Shown here: piece by piece, positions 1 through 8,376 of the stretch
Position numbering within the stretch: position 1 is the first letter of the stretch
Layout: the number at the start of each line of letters is the position of its first letter
Virus record (IMG/VR): IMGVR_UViG_3300009503_000030
Coordinates: 6,542-70,541 of that record
Length of the DNA stretch: 64,000 nt
Reading direction: 5' to 3' (one strand)
Origin: a virus
Notes under the pieces: generated by a model
Seen by the model: the letters and a program-made list of their open reading frames with translations, nothing else
Database searches by the model: none
What the model was told of the DNA's origin: nothing
Translations under genes and position numbers: made by a program

Positions 1-607
1 CCCAGTAGGCGATGCACTCCATCGCATCCTTGCTATCGAGGAACACGCGGGAGATGCGGTCGTGGAAGCGGAGGAGCGCCGCGATGTGAGAGCGCCACGT
101 GCCCACGTGCATAACCATTCCGCCACGAGCCATGAAGTTGCGGCCCCAACAACCTGGACTACGCGCGGCCCCAGAAATGGCCTGGTTCTGCGAGACGAAC
201 ACGGCCCATGCCCTCTCGACTGGACCGGCGTTCGGATCGGCGAGGAGTCGAAGCGCGCGCGTGAACTCTGCTTGCGAGTACGGCGTCCAGATGAGGCGAT
301 GGAGGAGGTCGCGGAAGAGCGTGGGGTCTTGAAGGACGCGGTACAGGTTGATGATGCGGTCATCCAGATCGTTCAGCACCTCGACGGGATACGGGTGCGG
401 CAGCCGCCAGAAGACGGAGGCGCCGCCAGCGAACGGTTCGCAATAGACCTGGGCCGGTGGTAGAAAGCGCATGATCCAGTGTGCCAAGAGTCCCTTCCCA
501 CCGTACCAGACGACTGGTGCATTCTTTCGCGCGACTGGCCCGAGAGACCGCAGGAGTTCCGTGTCGATCTCCTCGGCGATCTGCTCGATGTCGTGGGTCT
601 CTGTCAC
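1..607 (-). CDS. Dam-family (D12 class) DNA adenine methyltransferase, runs off window edge
   Basis: Manual translation from GTG at 607 gives WYGGKG, YCEPFAGGASVF, EVLNDLD and RISRVFLDSKDA. Absent from the ORF track because it has no stop in the window. Confidence 0.88.
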   Translation of the reverse strand, partial: MTETHDIEQIAEEIDTELLRSLGPVARKNAPVVWYGGKGLLAHWIMRFLPPAQVYCEPFAGGASVFWRLPHPYPVEVLNDLDDRIINLYRVLQDPTLFRDLLHRLIWTPYSQAEFTRALRLLADPNAGPVERAWAVFVSQNQAISGAARSPGCWGRNFMARGGMVMHVGTWRSHIAALLRFHDRISRVFLDSKDAMECIAYW

Positions 608-1377
608 AGGAGGTCTCCTCGTGGGAAGATGCGCCGTCTCGCGATGTCCGAGTACTCCGGTTCGATCTCGATCCCGATGAACCGCCGGCCTTCAAGGACC
701 GAGACGACGCCGCTGGTTCCCGAGCCGAGGAACAGGTCGAGGATGAGGTCCCCTGGGTTCGACGAGTACTCGACGAACTGCTGAAAGCAGGCCCACGGCT
801 TCTGCGTTGGGTGGCCGGTTTTCGAATGGTTCCCATGACGGATGGTCGCCGACACGATGAGATTCGGGACGATCCCTGCGTGTGGGCCGTTCCATGTCCG
901 GCCTTGGGGGTAGGCGTAGAGGCAGAGCTCGACGGCAGAAGACCATCCCGTCCCAGGCGGAATCGGGGGTGGGGTCGTCTTGTGCCAGGCGAGGAACCGT
1001 GTGGAGTATCCGGCGTCCTCGTACACCTGGGCGATGAGCGATATTTGCCGATGGGAGCACCACCAGTACGCGGAGCCGTGTGGCTTCAGGAGGCGCAGCG
1101 TCTCGCGGACAGCGGGCAGAACGAGATCATGGATCATGGACCGCCAATCGGTGTCCCCAGGGAAAAAGTCCAGCGTGCGGCGGTTTCCTTTTGGCCCCCA
1201 GACTACAGACCCTGGTTCGCTCACGGCATAGGGCGGGTCCGTGAGCACGAGGTCCACGCAGCGATCAGGCATCTCCCGCATGACCTGTAGGCAGTCGCCG
1301 GTGATGACAGTGGCACGGGCGGACCCATCGAGCACGGCGCGCCAATCAGCGGGCTCTTGGATCGCAGCCTCCATCAT
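604..1377 (-). CDS. N4/N6 DNA methyltransferase (beta class)
   Basis: GDCL, TDPPY, HPTQKP, DLFLGSGT, FIGIEIE motifs. Confidence 0.93.
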   Translation of the reverse strand: MMEAAIQEPADWRAVLDGSARATVITGDCLQVMREMPDRCVDLVLTDPPYAVSEPGSVVWGPKGNRRTLDFFPGDTDWRSMIHDLVLPAVRETLRLLKPHGSAYWWCSHRQISLIAQVYEDAGYSTRFLAWHKTTPPPIPPGTGWSSAVELCLYAYPQGRTWNGPHAGIVPNLIVSATIRHGNHSKTGHPTQKPWACFQQFVEYSSNPGDLILDLFLGSGTSGVVSVLEGRRFIGIEIEPEYSDIARRRIFPRGDLL

Positions 1378-2117
1378 GTCTCCACCGCAATCCAGTGTAG
1401 TGGGTTGAAGCAGCGTCCGGCCACGAGTACCGGCTTCTGCGCTTCTCCGAGGCAGATCATGACCTCATCACCAACGCAGTGCTCCACGGCGTCGCGGAGA
1501 TGGCGGGCCTTGCAGCGAATCGCGAATGGTTCGTCGGCGAGCCCCGGGTGTGGTTGAGCGCCGAACGCGACCGTGTACATGGCGCCCGTATCATCCACGA
1601 ACCAGATGTTGCAGGATGGCGGTCGGTACTCAAGCAAGAAGGAGCCCTTCGTGGACACGGTACATGCGCAGCGAGACGCCGCTACGAGTTGCTTCTTGGG
1701 GAGGATTACGCCGCGTCGGTACTCGTTTTCTGCTGGCAGTACGCGGCGGTACTCGATGTACGCGCGACTCTGAACCGGAATGCGGACGTGCGACTCGTCG
1801 GTTCCGATGTGCAGGGACCCATCGTCGAAACCGACTTCCACGGAACTGCGCGACAGCGCACGCAACCGCTGCGTGATGGACACGAGGTCGTTGCGGGTGA
1901 TCGTGAAACCGGCCTCCGGCTGTTGGCATTCGACCGACCAGGTGAGCGTCACGCGCGTCAGCCGACTGCCATCTGTCGCCACGGCGAACACCGTGGAACC
2001 AGGGCCAGGCTCCAGGTGGACAACATTGGCCCACTCCCTTTCGACATCCACGGGAGGGAAGAGAACGTGGCGCAGGCGTTCGAGCAGGTGATGTGCTTGA
2101 GCGTGGAACCAGGTCAC
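1374..2117 (-). CDS. DNA polymerase III beta-clamp-like protein (short, about 2 domains)
   Basis: VATDGSRL motif, YRRVLP, and C-terminal ARHLRDAV...EV...KPVLV resemble DnaN domains 2-3. Confidence 0.7.
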   Translation of the reverse strand: MTWFHAQAHHLLERLRHVLFPPVDVEREWANVVHLEPGPGSTVFAVATDGSRLTRVTLTWSVECQQPEAGFTITRNDLVSITQRLRALSRSSVEVGFDDGSLHIGTDESHVRIPVQSRAYIEYRRVLPAENEYRRGVILPKKQLVAASRCACTVSTKGSFLLEYRPPSCNIWFVDDTGAMYTVAFGAQPHPGLADEPFAIRCKARHLRDAVEHCVGDEVMICLGEAQKPVLVAGRCFNPLHWIAVET

Positions 2118-2641
2118 GGCTCACCTCCTGTCTCGCGATTTGGCATCCAATGTCCCCATTCATCCCGCCACTTGAGGCGGGTGCGCCCGTCCTTGAGATA
2201 GAAGGTGCAGGCGCAACGCCAGAGGGGCGGGTTGCTGCGGAATGGTTCTGCCCAGACGATGTGCGTCTTGTAGCGCGCGATCCGCTCCCCGCAGCGAGAG
2301 CAGACCGACGGGGGTCGTGGTGTGGGTGGCTTCTTGTGCGCGAGTCGCCACTCCTCACGGGCCTCCTTGTTCATGCGCACCTGCGCATCGAGCGCGGCGA
2401 AGTACTTGGGGCTCTGGCAGTAGATGCCCTGCAGCTCCGCCGGTAGCAGGCTGTCCACGGCGTACACCTGGTAGTGCGCCGGGGCCTGGTCTGTGGCATC
2501 GCGGACGAGAATCACGACGTACTCCCGTTGGCGGCCCGTTCCGCGGCAGTCGCGGCACTTGCCTCCGCGCGGCTTCTGCGGGTCCTTGCCCGTGCCGTTG
2601 CACTGGGGGCACGGATGGGGCTCATAACTCAACGGATTCAT
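2114..2641 (-). CDS. Zinc-finger protein (DnaJ-type CxxCxGxG repeats)
   Basis: CPQCNGTG and CRDCRGTG, plus CSRC and CAC; ATGA overlap with the upstream gene. Confidence 0.7.
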   Translation of the reverse strand: MNPLSYEPHPCPQCNGTGKDPQKPRGGKCRDCRGTGRQREYVVILVRDATDQAPAHYQVYAVDSLLPAELQGIYCQSPKYFAALDAQVRMNKEAREEWRLAHKKPPTPRPPSVCSRCGERIARYKTHIVWAEPFRSNPPLWRCACTFYLKDGRTRLKWRDEWGHWMPNRETGGEP

Positions 2642-3033
2642 GCGAGACCTCCTTCTGCCTCCGGCCACAAGGACAGCGCGTGTGCTTTCCCGATCAAGGT
2701 GCGCACCGACAACATCCACTCCCCAGGGTCCTCGTCGTAGGAGAGGAGGAACGATATCTCTCCCGAGTTCGGGTAGACCCACGCTTCCAGCGTGGACCTG
2801 ACGGCCACGACCCAGGGCGGCGCGCAGTGAATCTCGAACCGCGAGACCGGAACGCGCGGGACGATCTGCAACCCAACACCACAGCCGTCTCGGCGCGCGT
2901 AGCGCATGAGCGCCGCGTGGTTGTCCGCGTCGAGGCGCGCCCAGAAGTGCAGGTGCACAGCCACCCAATGGGGATGCGAATCATGGAACGTGATGTTTGC
3001 GCTGACCAGCCAGGCTTTGGGGAAGCGGATCAT
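2638..3033 (-). CDS. hypothetical protein
   Basis: Overlap-coupled ORF in the minus-strand operon. Confidence 0.65.
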   Translation of the reverse strand: MIRFPKAWLVSANITFHDSHPHWVAVHLHFWARLDADNHAALMRYARRDGCGVGLQIVPRVPVSRFEIHCAPPWVVAVRSTLEAWVYPNSGEISFLLSYDEDPGEWMLSVRTLIGKAHALSLWPEAEGGLA

Positions 3034-3749
3034 GACTCCTCCGACTCATGGACCCATAGGGTAATTGGCAACCGCAACCGTTTCCGCAGTCCATTGATGA
3101 CCATGTAGAAGCCGTCCCACGGGCGGTATTCGATGCCCAGGTCGGTCCGCAGGCATTCGCAGAACGCGGCCACCTCGTGTTCCTTCCGGTGGGCCTCTTC
3201 GCGGTCCGCGCGTGCCTGGGATACCATGTCGCGGACGTGGCGCGCGACGAACTCCGCGAGACGCCCACGGGCCTCCGCCTCCTCGACCATCTGCTGCCGC
3301 GTGCGGACCCCATCAAGGTCACGCGGTGGCCGTGAGTGCGCCGGAACCCGCCACATGAGGATGTAGGCCATCAGCCGCATCAGCCGTGCAGGGTCTGGCT
3401 CGTGCCAGGGTGCGGTCACCTTGCGACGGAGGCGCGGACCGGCCCAGATCAGGCCAGCGCCGTCCGGCACCTCGTCTGTGCGGATCAGACCGGCGGGGCA
3501 CACGAAGTAGAACTCGTGGCAGTAGGGCAGGTAGCGCCGCCACTTCCTGTCTCGCGTGAAATCGCTCCGCGAGACCTTGACCTCGTACCCGATGCACCGC
3601 CAATCGGTCCAGGACTTGCGCATCGCCCAGGCGTCCAGGCGCAAGGCATCGCCGGTGGAGGTCCAGGTGCCGCCGACCTTGCACTCAGGGACAAACAGGT
3701 CCACCCCGTGTCGGGCGGCAAGCAGTTCGATGATCGTAGAAGCGGTCAC
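3030..3749 (-). CDS. MmcB-like PD-(D/E)XK endonuclease
   Basis: FVPEC, RLDAWAM, GYEVKVSRSDF, KWRRY, FYFVCP. Confidence 0.82.
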   Translation of the reverse strand: MTASTIIELLAARHGVDLFVPECKVGGTWTSTGDALRLDAWAMRKSWTDWRCIGYEVKVSRSDFTRDRKWRRYLPYCHEFYFVCPAGLIRTDEVPDGAGLIWAGPRLRRKVTAPWHEPDPARLMRLMAYILMWRVPAHSRPPRDLDGVRTRQQMVEEAEARGRLAEFVARHVRDMVSQARADREEAHRKEHEVAAFCECLRTDLGIEYRPWDGFYMVINGLRKRLRLPITLWVHESEES

Positions 3750-4093
3750 GCCGCAGCCTCCGCGCGCAAGGTCAAGACGCCTACCCTGCCGAGGTGGTGC
3801 CAGACGGACAGCATCCCCGGAACAGGTCCATCTTCGTATTCGATTCGGATGGACATCCGCTCACTTTTGATATCCGCCCCAAACAGTTTCCATCGCGTTC
3901 TGTTGATGGTCAACGTAGGGCGGTCGCCAAACACCGCCCGCGCTTCCTGCCATTGATAGGTGTAGCGCATCAACTTCTCGCGCCACGGCACATCGAAGGT
4001 CAGAGCGACCTTCAACTGCCGTGCCTCCGGCTGTTTCTGCCGGAAACCGGCGGCGATCCCTACCAACCGCGCATCACTGATGGTGAGTGCCAT
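3746..4093 (-). CDS. hypothetical protein
   Basis: RBS AAAGGAGG; coupled to the next gene. Confidence 0.65.
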   Translation of the reverse strand: MALTISDARLVGIAAGFRQKQPEARQLKVALTFDVPWREKLMRYTYQWQEARAVFGDRPTLTINRTRWKLFGADIKSERMSIRIEYEDGPVPGMLSVWHHLGRVGVLTLRAEAAA

Positions 4094-4430
4094 GCTTGCC
4101 TCCTTTCAAGAGATTCCATGGCTGCCGTCCTTTCCGGCTGGTGAACTCCCGCCGATATTTTGGCAACGAGAAGCGGGGATACCACTCGCGGGATTGGTCG
4201 TCTGGTATCGGCGGCGCGTCCCACTCGTTGCCAGAGAGCCATTGTTTGAGCGGCAAGACGGACCACGCAGGGAAACACGCCCATGCGTCATCATCGATCT
4301 TGTCCCCGCGCGCGATCCATGCCAAGAGAACATCCTTGCATGCCTCGTACACCGCCCAACGTGGAGCCTCGGGATTCTTGATGATGGCCCACGCGCGCTT
4401 CTTGAGCCATTCACGCTCGGAATACGTCAT
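4074..4430 (-). CDS. hypothetical protein
   Basis: AAGGAGGT RBS before MTYSERE. Confidence 0.6.
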   Translation of the reverse strand: MTYSEREWLKKRAWAIIKNPEAPRWAVYEACKDVLLAWIARGDKIDDDAWACFPAWSVLPLKQWLSGNEWDAPPIPDDQSREWYPRFSLPKYRREFTSRKGRQPWNLLKGGKHGTHHQ

Positions 4431-4822
4431 CGTGACCTCCTTCTGGCCGCAATCGCTCTCGGATGCGACGGGCCGTACTGATAACAGACCTTCCATGCGC
4501 GCCCGCAGCGCGCCTCCATCCGGCGCTTCACGTGCAAGGCGAGCGCGACAGAGTGGAGGGGCCGCGTCCGCAGCGCATCACACGTCGTGTCCCAGACGGA
4601 GGGCCGGACCTGCCAGAGCCCGCAGGCGCCAGAAGGGGAGATGGCCGCGGGGTTCCATCTGGACTCCATCCAGGCAAGCCGTTCCATCGCGCGGACCTCA
4701 TGGGTGTCTCGCGCGTACAGGTAGAGCGCGGCCTGCGCAACCGCGCGATGGGCGTCTCCTTCCAACGGCAGCCGAGGTAGGAGCGCGATGGTCCAGAGAA
4801 GCGCGTGGGCGAGGGTCGTCAT
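4427..4822 (-). CDS. Lytic transglycosylase (SLT)-like protein
   Basis: Hydrophobic N-terminus; MESRWNPAAISPSGACGLWQV. Confidence 0.8.
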   Translation of the reverse strand: MTTLAHALLWTIALLPRLPLEGDAHRAVAQAALYLYARDTHEVRAMERLAWMESRWNPAAISPSGACGLWQVRPSVWDTTCDALRTRPLHSVALALHVKRRMEARCGRAWKVCYQYGPSHPRAIAARRRSR

Positions 4823-5115
4823 CGGTGCCTCCGTGTACGCGCGCGGAGCCGCGCAGCGCAACTGGACCTGCGGTCCTGCATCCGGCCAGGTCCAGGGGCG
4901 AAGAGGTCCTGGATCGGGACGCCAAGCGCGGAGGCAAGAGCGCACAGATGGTCCCCTCGTGGGACATGCTGTTCGTTCTCCCAGAGGCCGACGATGCTCG
5001 TGCTGAGCGAATGGCCGAGAAGGGCGCCGATGCTCTCTGCGAGACGTTGGCGCGTGAGTCCGCGGGCTTCGCGTGCCGCCGCGATCCGGAACCCGCAGAG
5101 GTGGTCTGTGGTCAT
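4819..5115 (-). CDS. XRE-family HTH regulator
   Basis: RIAAAREARGLTRQRLAE...WEN...P...LASALGV. Confidence 0.88.
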   Translation of the reverse strand: MTTDHLCGFRIAAAREARGLTRQRLAESIGALLGHSLSTSIVGLWENEQHVPRGDHLCALASALGVPIQDLFAPGPGRMQDRRSSCAARLRARTRRHR

Positions 5116-5134
5116 GGGTCACCTCCCGCCGGAC

Positions 5135-5163
5135 ATGGTACTCCGGCGCAATCCAGATGTCAA
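5135..5163 (-). promoter_or_regulatory. sigma70-type leftward promoter
   Basis: TTGACA-17 nt-TACCAT on the minus strand ahead of the HTH gene. Confidence 0.7.
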
Positions 5164-5184
5164 GAGCGCAAAGGCAGGTGCGGG

Positions 5185-5424
5185 AAACCGCGTGGTTGTG
5201 CGAGAATCTTGTGTCCCCAACTCGTAAGTCCGCGATATTACAAGGACAACCGTGGATGTGGAAGTGGAACACCGCGCAAACCGATAGTTCCAGAACACCG
5301 CGATATCATTGATAAAATGAATGGATGAAAAAAAATACTTGCAACGGGTATCCGGTCTTGGTAGCATGGCGATGGAAGGCGGAAGGACCGCCGGACCCCC
5401 ACGCGGCGGGGGTTGAAAGGAGGG
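5185..5424 (+). promoter_or_regulatory. Early promoter island 1 (34-bp conserved box, A-tract, TTGCAA-17-TAGCAT, two-hairpin leader, RBS)
   Basis: Elements shared with 15964-16204 and 25726-25987. Confidence 0.72.
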
Positions 5425-5428
5425 GACC

Positions 5429-5956
5429 GTGAAGATGTTCTGGATCAACCCGTTCCGGGCCAGCACAGGCCTGGATCGTCCCGATCCGCAGGGGTTCGTG
5501 CGGGTCGGGGAACCAGGGCGGGGTCGGCGCGAGGTCCTCGTCCCCACCAGCGGGGACGGGGACTTTGTGCGGGTCGGCCTCGATCCGGAAGGCCGGCCCG
5601 TCCTGTGCCGGACGCACGAGGATGACGGCGACCGGCGGTGTGTCGCCGTCATCTCCACAAACGGGGGGTACTCGCAGTACCCGAAACGACACTACCGGAT
5701 GCCGGACCCTGTGCCGGCGGGGGTCCGGATTCTGGCCTCCGGCGAGGGGGCCTGGGGCGATGCCGGCTACGGCGGGGACTACGAGGTGGTCCTCGCCATC
5801 GTCGAGCCAGGGGCCGAGTTCGTCTTGGCCCGTCGGTTCGGCGGGCCGGTGCTCGTGCGGTGGACCGGCGAGCGCTGGCTCCACCTGGATGAGGCCGCGG
5901 TCGAGGCCGAGAAGGCCGCGGCCTCCATGGAGAAGGGGGAAGTGCAATGGCTCTGA
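5429..5956 (+). CDS. hypothetical early protein
   Basis: Strong RBS; first gene after the island. Confidence 0.72.
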   Translation: MKMFWINPFRASTGLDRPDPQGFVRVGEPGRGRREVLVPTSGDGDFVRVGLDPEGRPVLCRTHEDDGDRRCVAVISTNGGYSQYPKRHYRMPDPVPAGVRILASGEGAWGDAGYGGDYEVVLAIVEPGAEFVLARRFGGPVLVRWTGERWLHLDEAAVEAEKAAASMEKGEVQWL

Positions 5957-6396
5957 CCTTGTATCGGACAAAGGGAAAGGGTCTCCCTGCTCTCTGGGAG
6001 GAGGGCGGGGGGTGGACGAATACCGGCGAGGCCCAGATCGTCTGCGGGCCTCACGGAGAGAAGAAACGGGCGCTGTATGGCGGTCACGGCTACTGCTGTG
6101 GCCGCCATGTCCTGTTCCTCGTGCATCCTGGCGATGTCGTCGTGCGGGCGCGTCATTGGCGGCGCTTCTTCACCATCGCGGTCTACAGACTCGGCTCCAT
6201 CGAGCCAACTGCGGACCAGCAAGGATACAAGGCTGAAACCGAGCTGATCGCGCGGTATCAGGAAGGAGAATGGGCGCCGGAGCTGCCGCCTGAGTTCGCA
6301 GACGCCGTCGAGGCGGCCAAATGGAAGGCAACGTCCTACCACTGTAGGCACGGCATCTACTTTGAGCCGCCTTTTCCGGAGCGAAAGGAGGGATGA
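5947..6396 (+). CDS. hypothetical protein
   Basis: Coupled ORF with RBS. Confidence 0.7.
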   Translation: MALTLYRTKGKGLPALWEEGGGWTNTGEAQIVCGPHGEKKRALYGGHGYCCGRHVLFLVHPGDVVVRARHWRRFFTIAVYRLGSIEPTADQQGYKAETELIARYQEGEWAPELPPEFADAVEAAKWKATSYHCRHGIYFEPPFPERKEG

Positions 6397-6800
6397 CGAT
6401 GACCACATACTACGCACGCACCATCGAGGATGAGGTCCTTGAGATTCAGGCGGACTCCGCCCAGGAGGCCGCCGAAGAGTACGTCCGCTCTGGCGAGTGG
6501 CCGGAGGCGGACGAAACACAGTGGGTGCCTGTCCGCGTCTGGCACGAGGACGCGGATGGGAACGAGATCGAGGATGGGGAGTTCAATATCCCAGTCCATC
6601 CACGCGCTCCGCGCTGCGTTGACGCGCGTGGTCACGAGTGGATCGAGGACGTGCGCCCGCAACTCCACGGGGGAGGGGTCTGGTATCGGTACAGGTGCGC
6701 CCGTTGTGGGTTGCACCGCGCCACCGACACGTACGCCCACGACCCCGCGACTGGGTGCGATGGGTGTGCGGTGACATACTTCTTCGAAATGGAGGGATGA
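6393..6800 (+). CDS. hypothetical Zn-binding protein, paralogue of 16212-16661
   Basis: EAAEEYVR.gEWP, C...HEW, C.RCG, DT.A.DP.TG shared with the paralogue. Confidence 0.75.
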   Translation: MTMTTYYARTIEDEVLEIQADSAQEAAEEYVRSGEWPEADETQWVPVRVWHEDADGNEIEDGEFNIPVHPRAPRCVDARGHEWIEDVRPQLHGGGVWYRYRCARCGLHRATDTYAHDPATGCDGCAVTYFFEMEG

Positions 6801-6801
6801 C

Positions 6802-7575
6802 ATGGACTTTCGCGAGGTTCTCGGACTTCCGCATGAAAAACGCATCCTTGAGGTAGCGGCCGTGACCCATCATTGGGTTCTTTTCTGCGGCCCTGGGCCA
6901 GGCCGCGACCTCGCACAGGCCGTCGCCGACATGGAGGGACTCCCGTTCGTGGCTGTGGACCCGCAGACGCCCGACCCTGTGGAGGCGATAGAGGATGCCC
7001 AAGAGGGGATCCTCTACCTTGATCAGATCGAGAGGTGCGCGTGGGAGACCCTAGAGGCCATCTTCGCGCAAGCGTCCAGCGTGATGGTGATCGGACGCGG
7101 GGATACGTGTCCCTGCGGCAAGTGGGGGGTGGAAGGCGCGCGCTGCCTCTGCGCGGTGGATGCGTTGCGCGAGCACTACCGCCGCGTGTATCGGATCGCG
7201 GAGTACTTCGACCTGGTGGCCCAACTACCAGCGCAAGGCTGGCGGGACCTGCAACAGCGCCCCGAGGATCAGGAGCCTGCGTCCGCTATCCGACGGCGGG
7301 TCGAGGCGGCGCGCGCGGTCGTCGTGGCCCATCAGCCGACGTGGCGCGAGGGCATCGCACACGATGTGTACGCGCTGTTGGAGGCTGCGACGAGGGTCTT
7401 GGGGCTTACCCTCGAACAGCGTGACCGCATCCTGCGCGTTGCCAGGTCGGTCGCGGCTTTGGAGGGCGATGGCACGCCCCGACCGTACCACGTTTCCGAG
7501 GCCCTACAGTACAGCCTCGGATTTTTCCGCCGGAGCCGTGGGTTCACGCTGCCATCGGCGGAGGTGCAGGCGTGA
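6802..7575 (+). CDS. Degenerate ComM/YifB (Mg-chelatase-like AAA+) homologue
   Basis: RILEVAA...VLFCGP, GILYLDQ, CPCG...C.C, FDL, RILRVARSVAALEG, HVSEALQY; Walker A GKT is missing. Confidence 0.8.
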   Translation: MDFREVLGLPHEKRILEVAAVTHHWVLFCGPGPGRDLAQAVADMEGLPFVAVDPQTPDPVEAIEDAQEGILYLDQIERCAWETLEAIFAQASSVMVIGRGDTCPCGKWGVEGARCLCAVDALREHYRRVYRIAEYFDLVAQLPAQGWRDLQQRPEDQEPASAIRRRVEAARAVVVAHQPTWREGIAHDVYALLEAATRVLGLTLEQRDRILRVARSVAALEGDGTPRPYHVSEALQYSLGFFRRSRGFTLPSAEVQA

Positions 7576-7820
7576 TCGCGGTGCTCGGATACCCAGGGGG
7601 CTCTTGGTTCGCGTGGCGCCGGTTCCGCGACCGGCGCGCCGCGCGACGGTGGCTCGACGACGGATATCGGGCCATCGTCGAACACACGTCTGGTTTGGCA
7701 CATCCCGCGTGCCGCATCCTCTCCGAGGCAGAGGCGCGCCGGTGGCGGTATTCCGATGGGTCCGGCGTCTTCGAGTGGGGAGACGCCGGTGGGAGGTTGC
7801 CATGCGAAAGAAAGACGTGA
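7572..7820 (+). CDS. hypothetical protein
   Basis: GGAGGTG RBS; GTGA overlap. Confidence 0.5.
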   Translation: MIAVLGYPGGSWFAWRRFRDRRAARRWLDDGYRAIVEHTSGLAHPACRILSEAEARRWRYSDGSGVFEWGDAGGRLPCERKT

Positions 7821-8332
7821 AGGTCGGCGGAGTGTACTACGCCGAGGTGTCGCGGCGCACGGCACGTGTCCAGATCGTGCGTGTATCGCCCTACGGGGGA
7901 TGGGACGCGCGGAACCTGGACACAGGCCGCATGGTCTACTTCCACACGGGACGGCGCATCCACCGTCCCGTCGAGGGGAGGTGCCAGATGTTGAAATACG
8001 TCGTTGAACGCGGCTCCGGCGGTGTCGGGGCCTACGTCGAGGACGGTGCGCGGCGGCTGCCGCTCGACCCGCGCCTAGACTTGGCAGACCACTCGCCGAC
8101 CGGATACGGGTACGGATACGGCGGGTCGGGTCCGGCGCAACTGGCGCTCGCGATCCTCGCGGACGCCCTGCGGCGGGCCTACGGTTCGCGTCGGCGGAGG
8201 GCCGCGGACAAGGCAGCCTTGGACCTGTACCTGTGGTTCAAATGGGACGTAATCGCGGTGCAGACCGCGCTGCGATGGGAGATCACGCACGAGGACGTGA
8301 TGCAGTGGGTGATCTCGCACAGTTGCGACTGA
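7802..8332 (+). CDS. DUF6166-like protein (possible second start at 7988)
   Basis: HSPTGYGYGYGGSGPAQLALAIL; RBS before both 7802 and 7988. Confidence 0.7.
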   Translation: MRKKDVKVGGVYYAEVSRRTARVQIVRVSPYGGWDARNLDTGRMVYFHTGRRIHRPVEGRCQMLKYVVERGSGGVGAYVEDGARRLPLDPRLDLADHSPTGYGYGYGGSGPAQLALAILADALRRAYGSRRRRAADKAALDLYLWFKWDVIAVQTALRWEITHEDVMQWVISHSCD

Positions 8333-8376
8333 CAAGGCGATCCGCGCCGCGAAGCGCGGACCAAAGGAGGATTGCG

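Noticed and set aside
5972-6006. GGAAAGGGTCTCCC...GGGAG repeat-like stretch
   Set aside because: Short match with wrong spacing; explained by the coding sequence.
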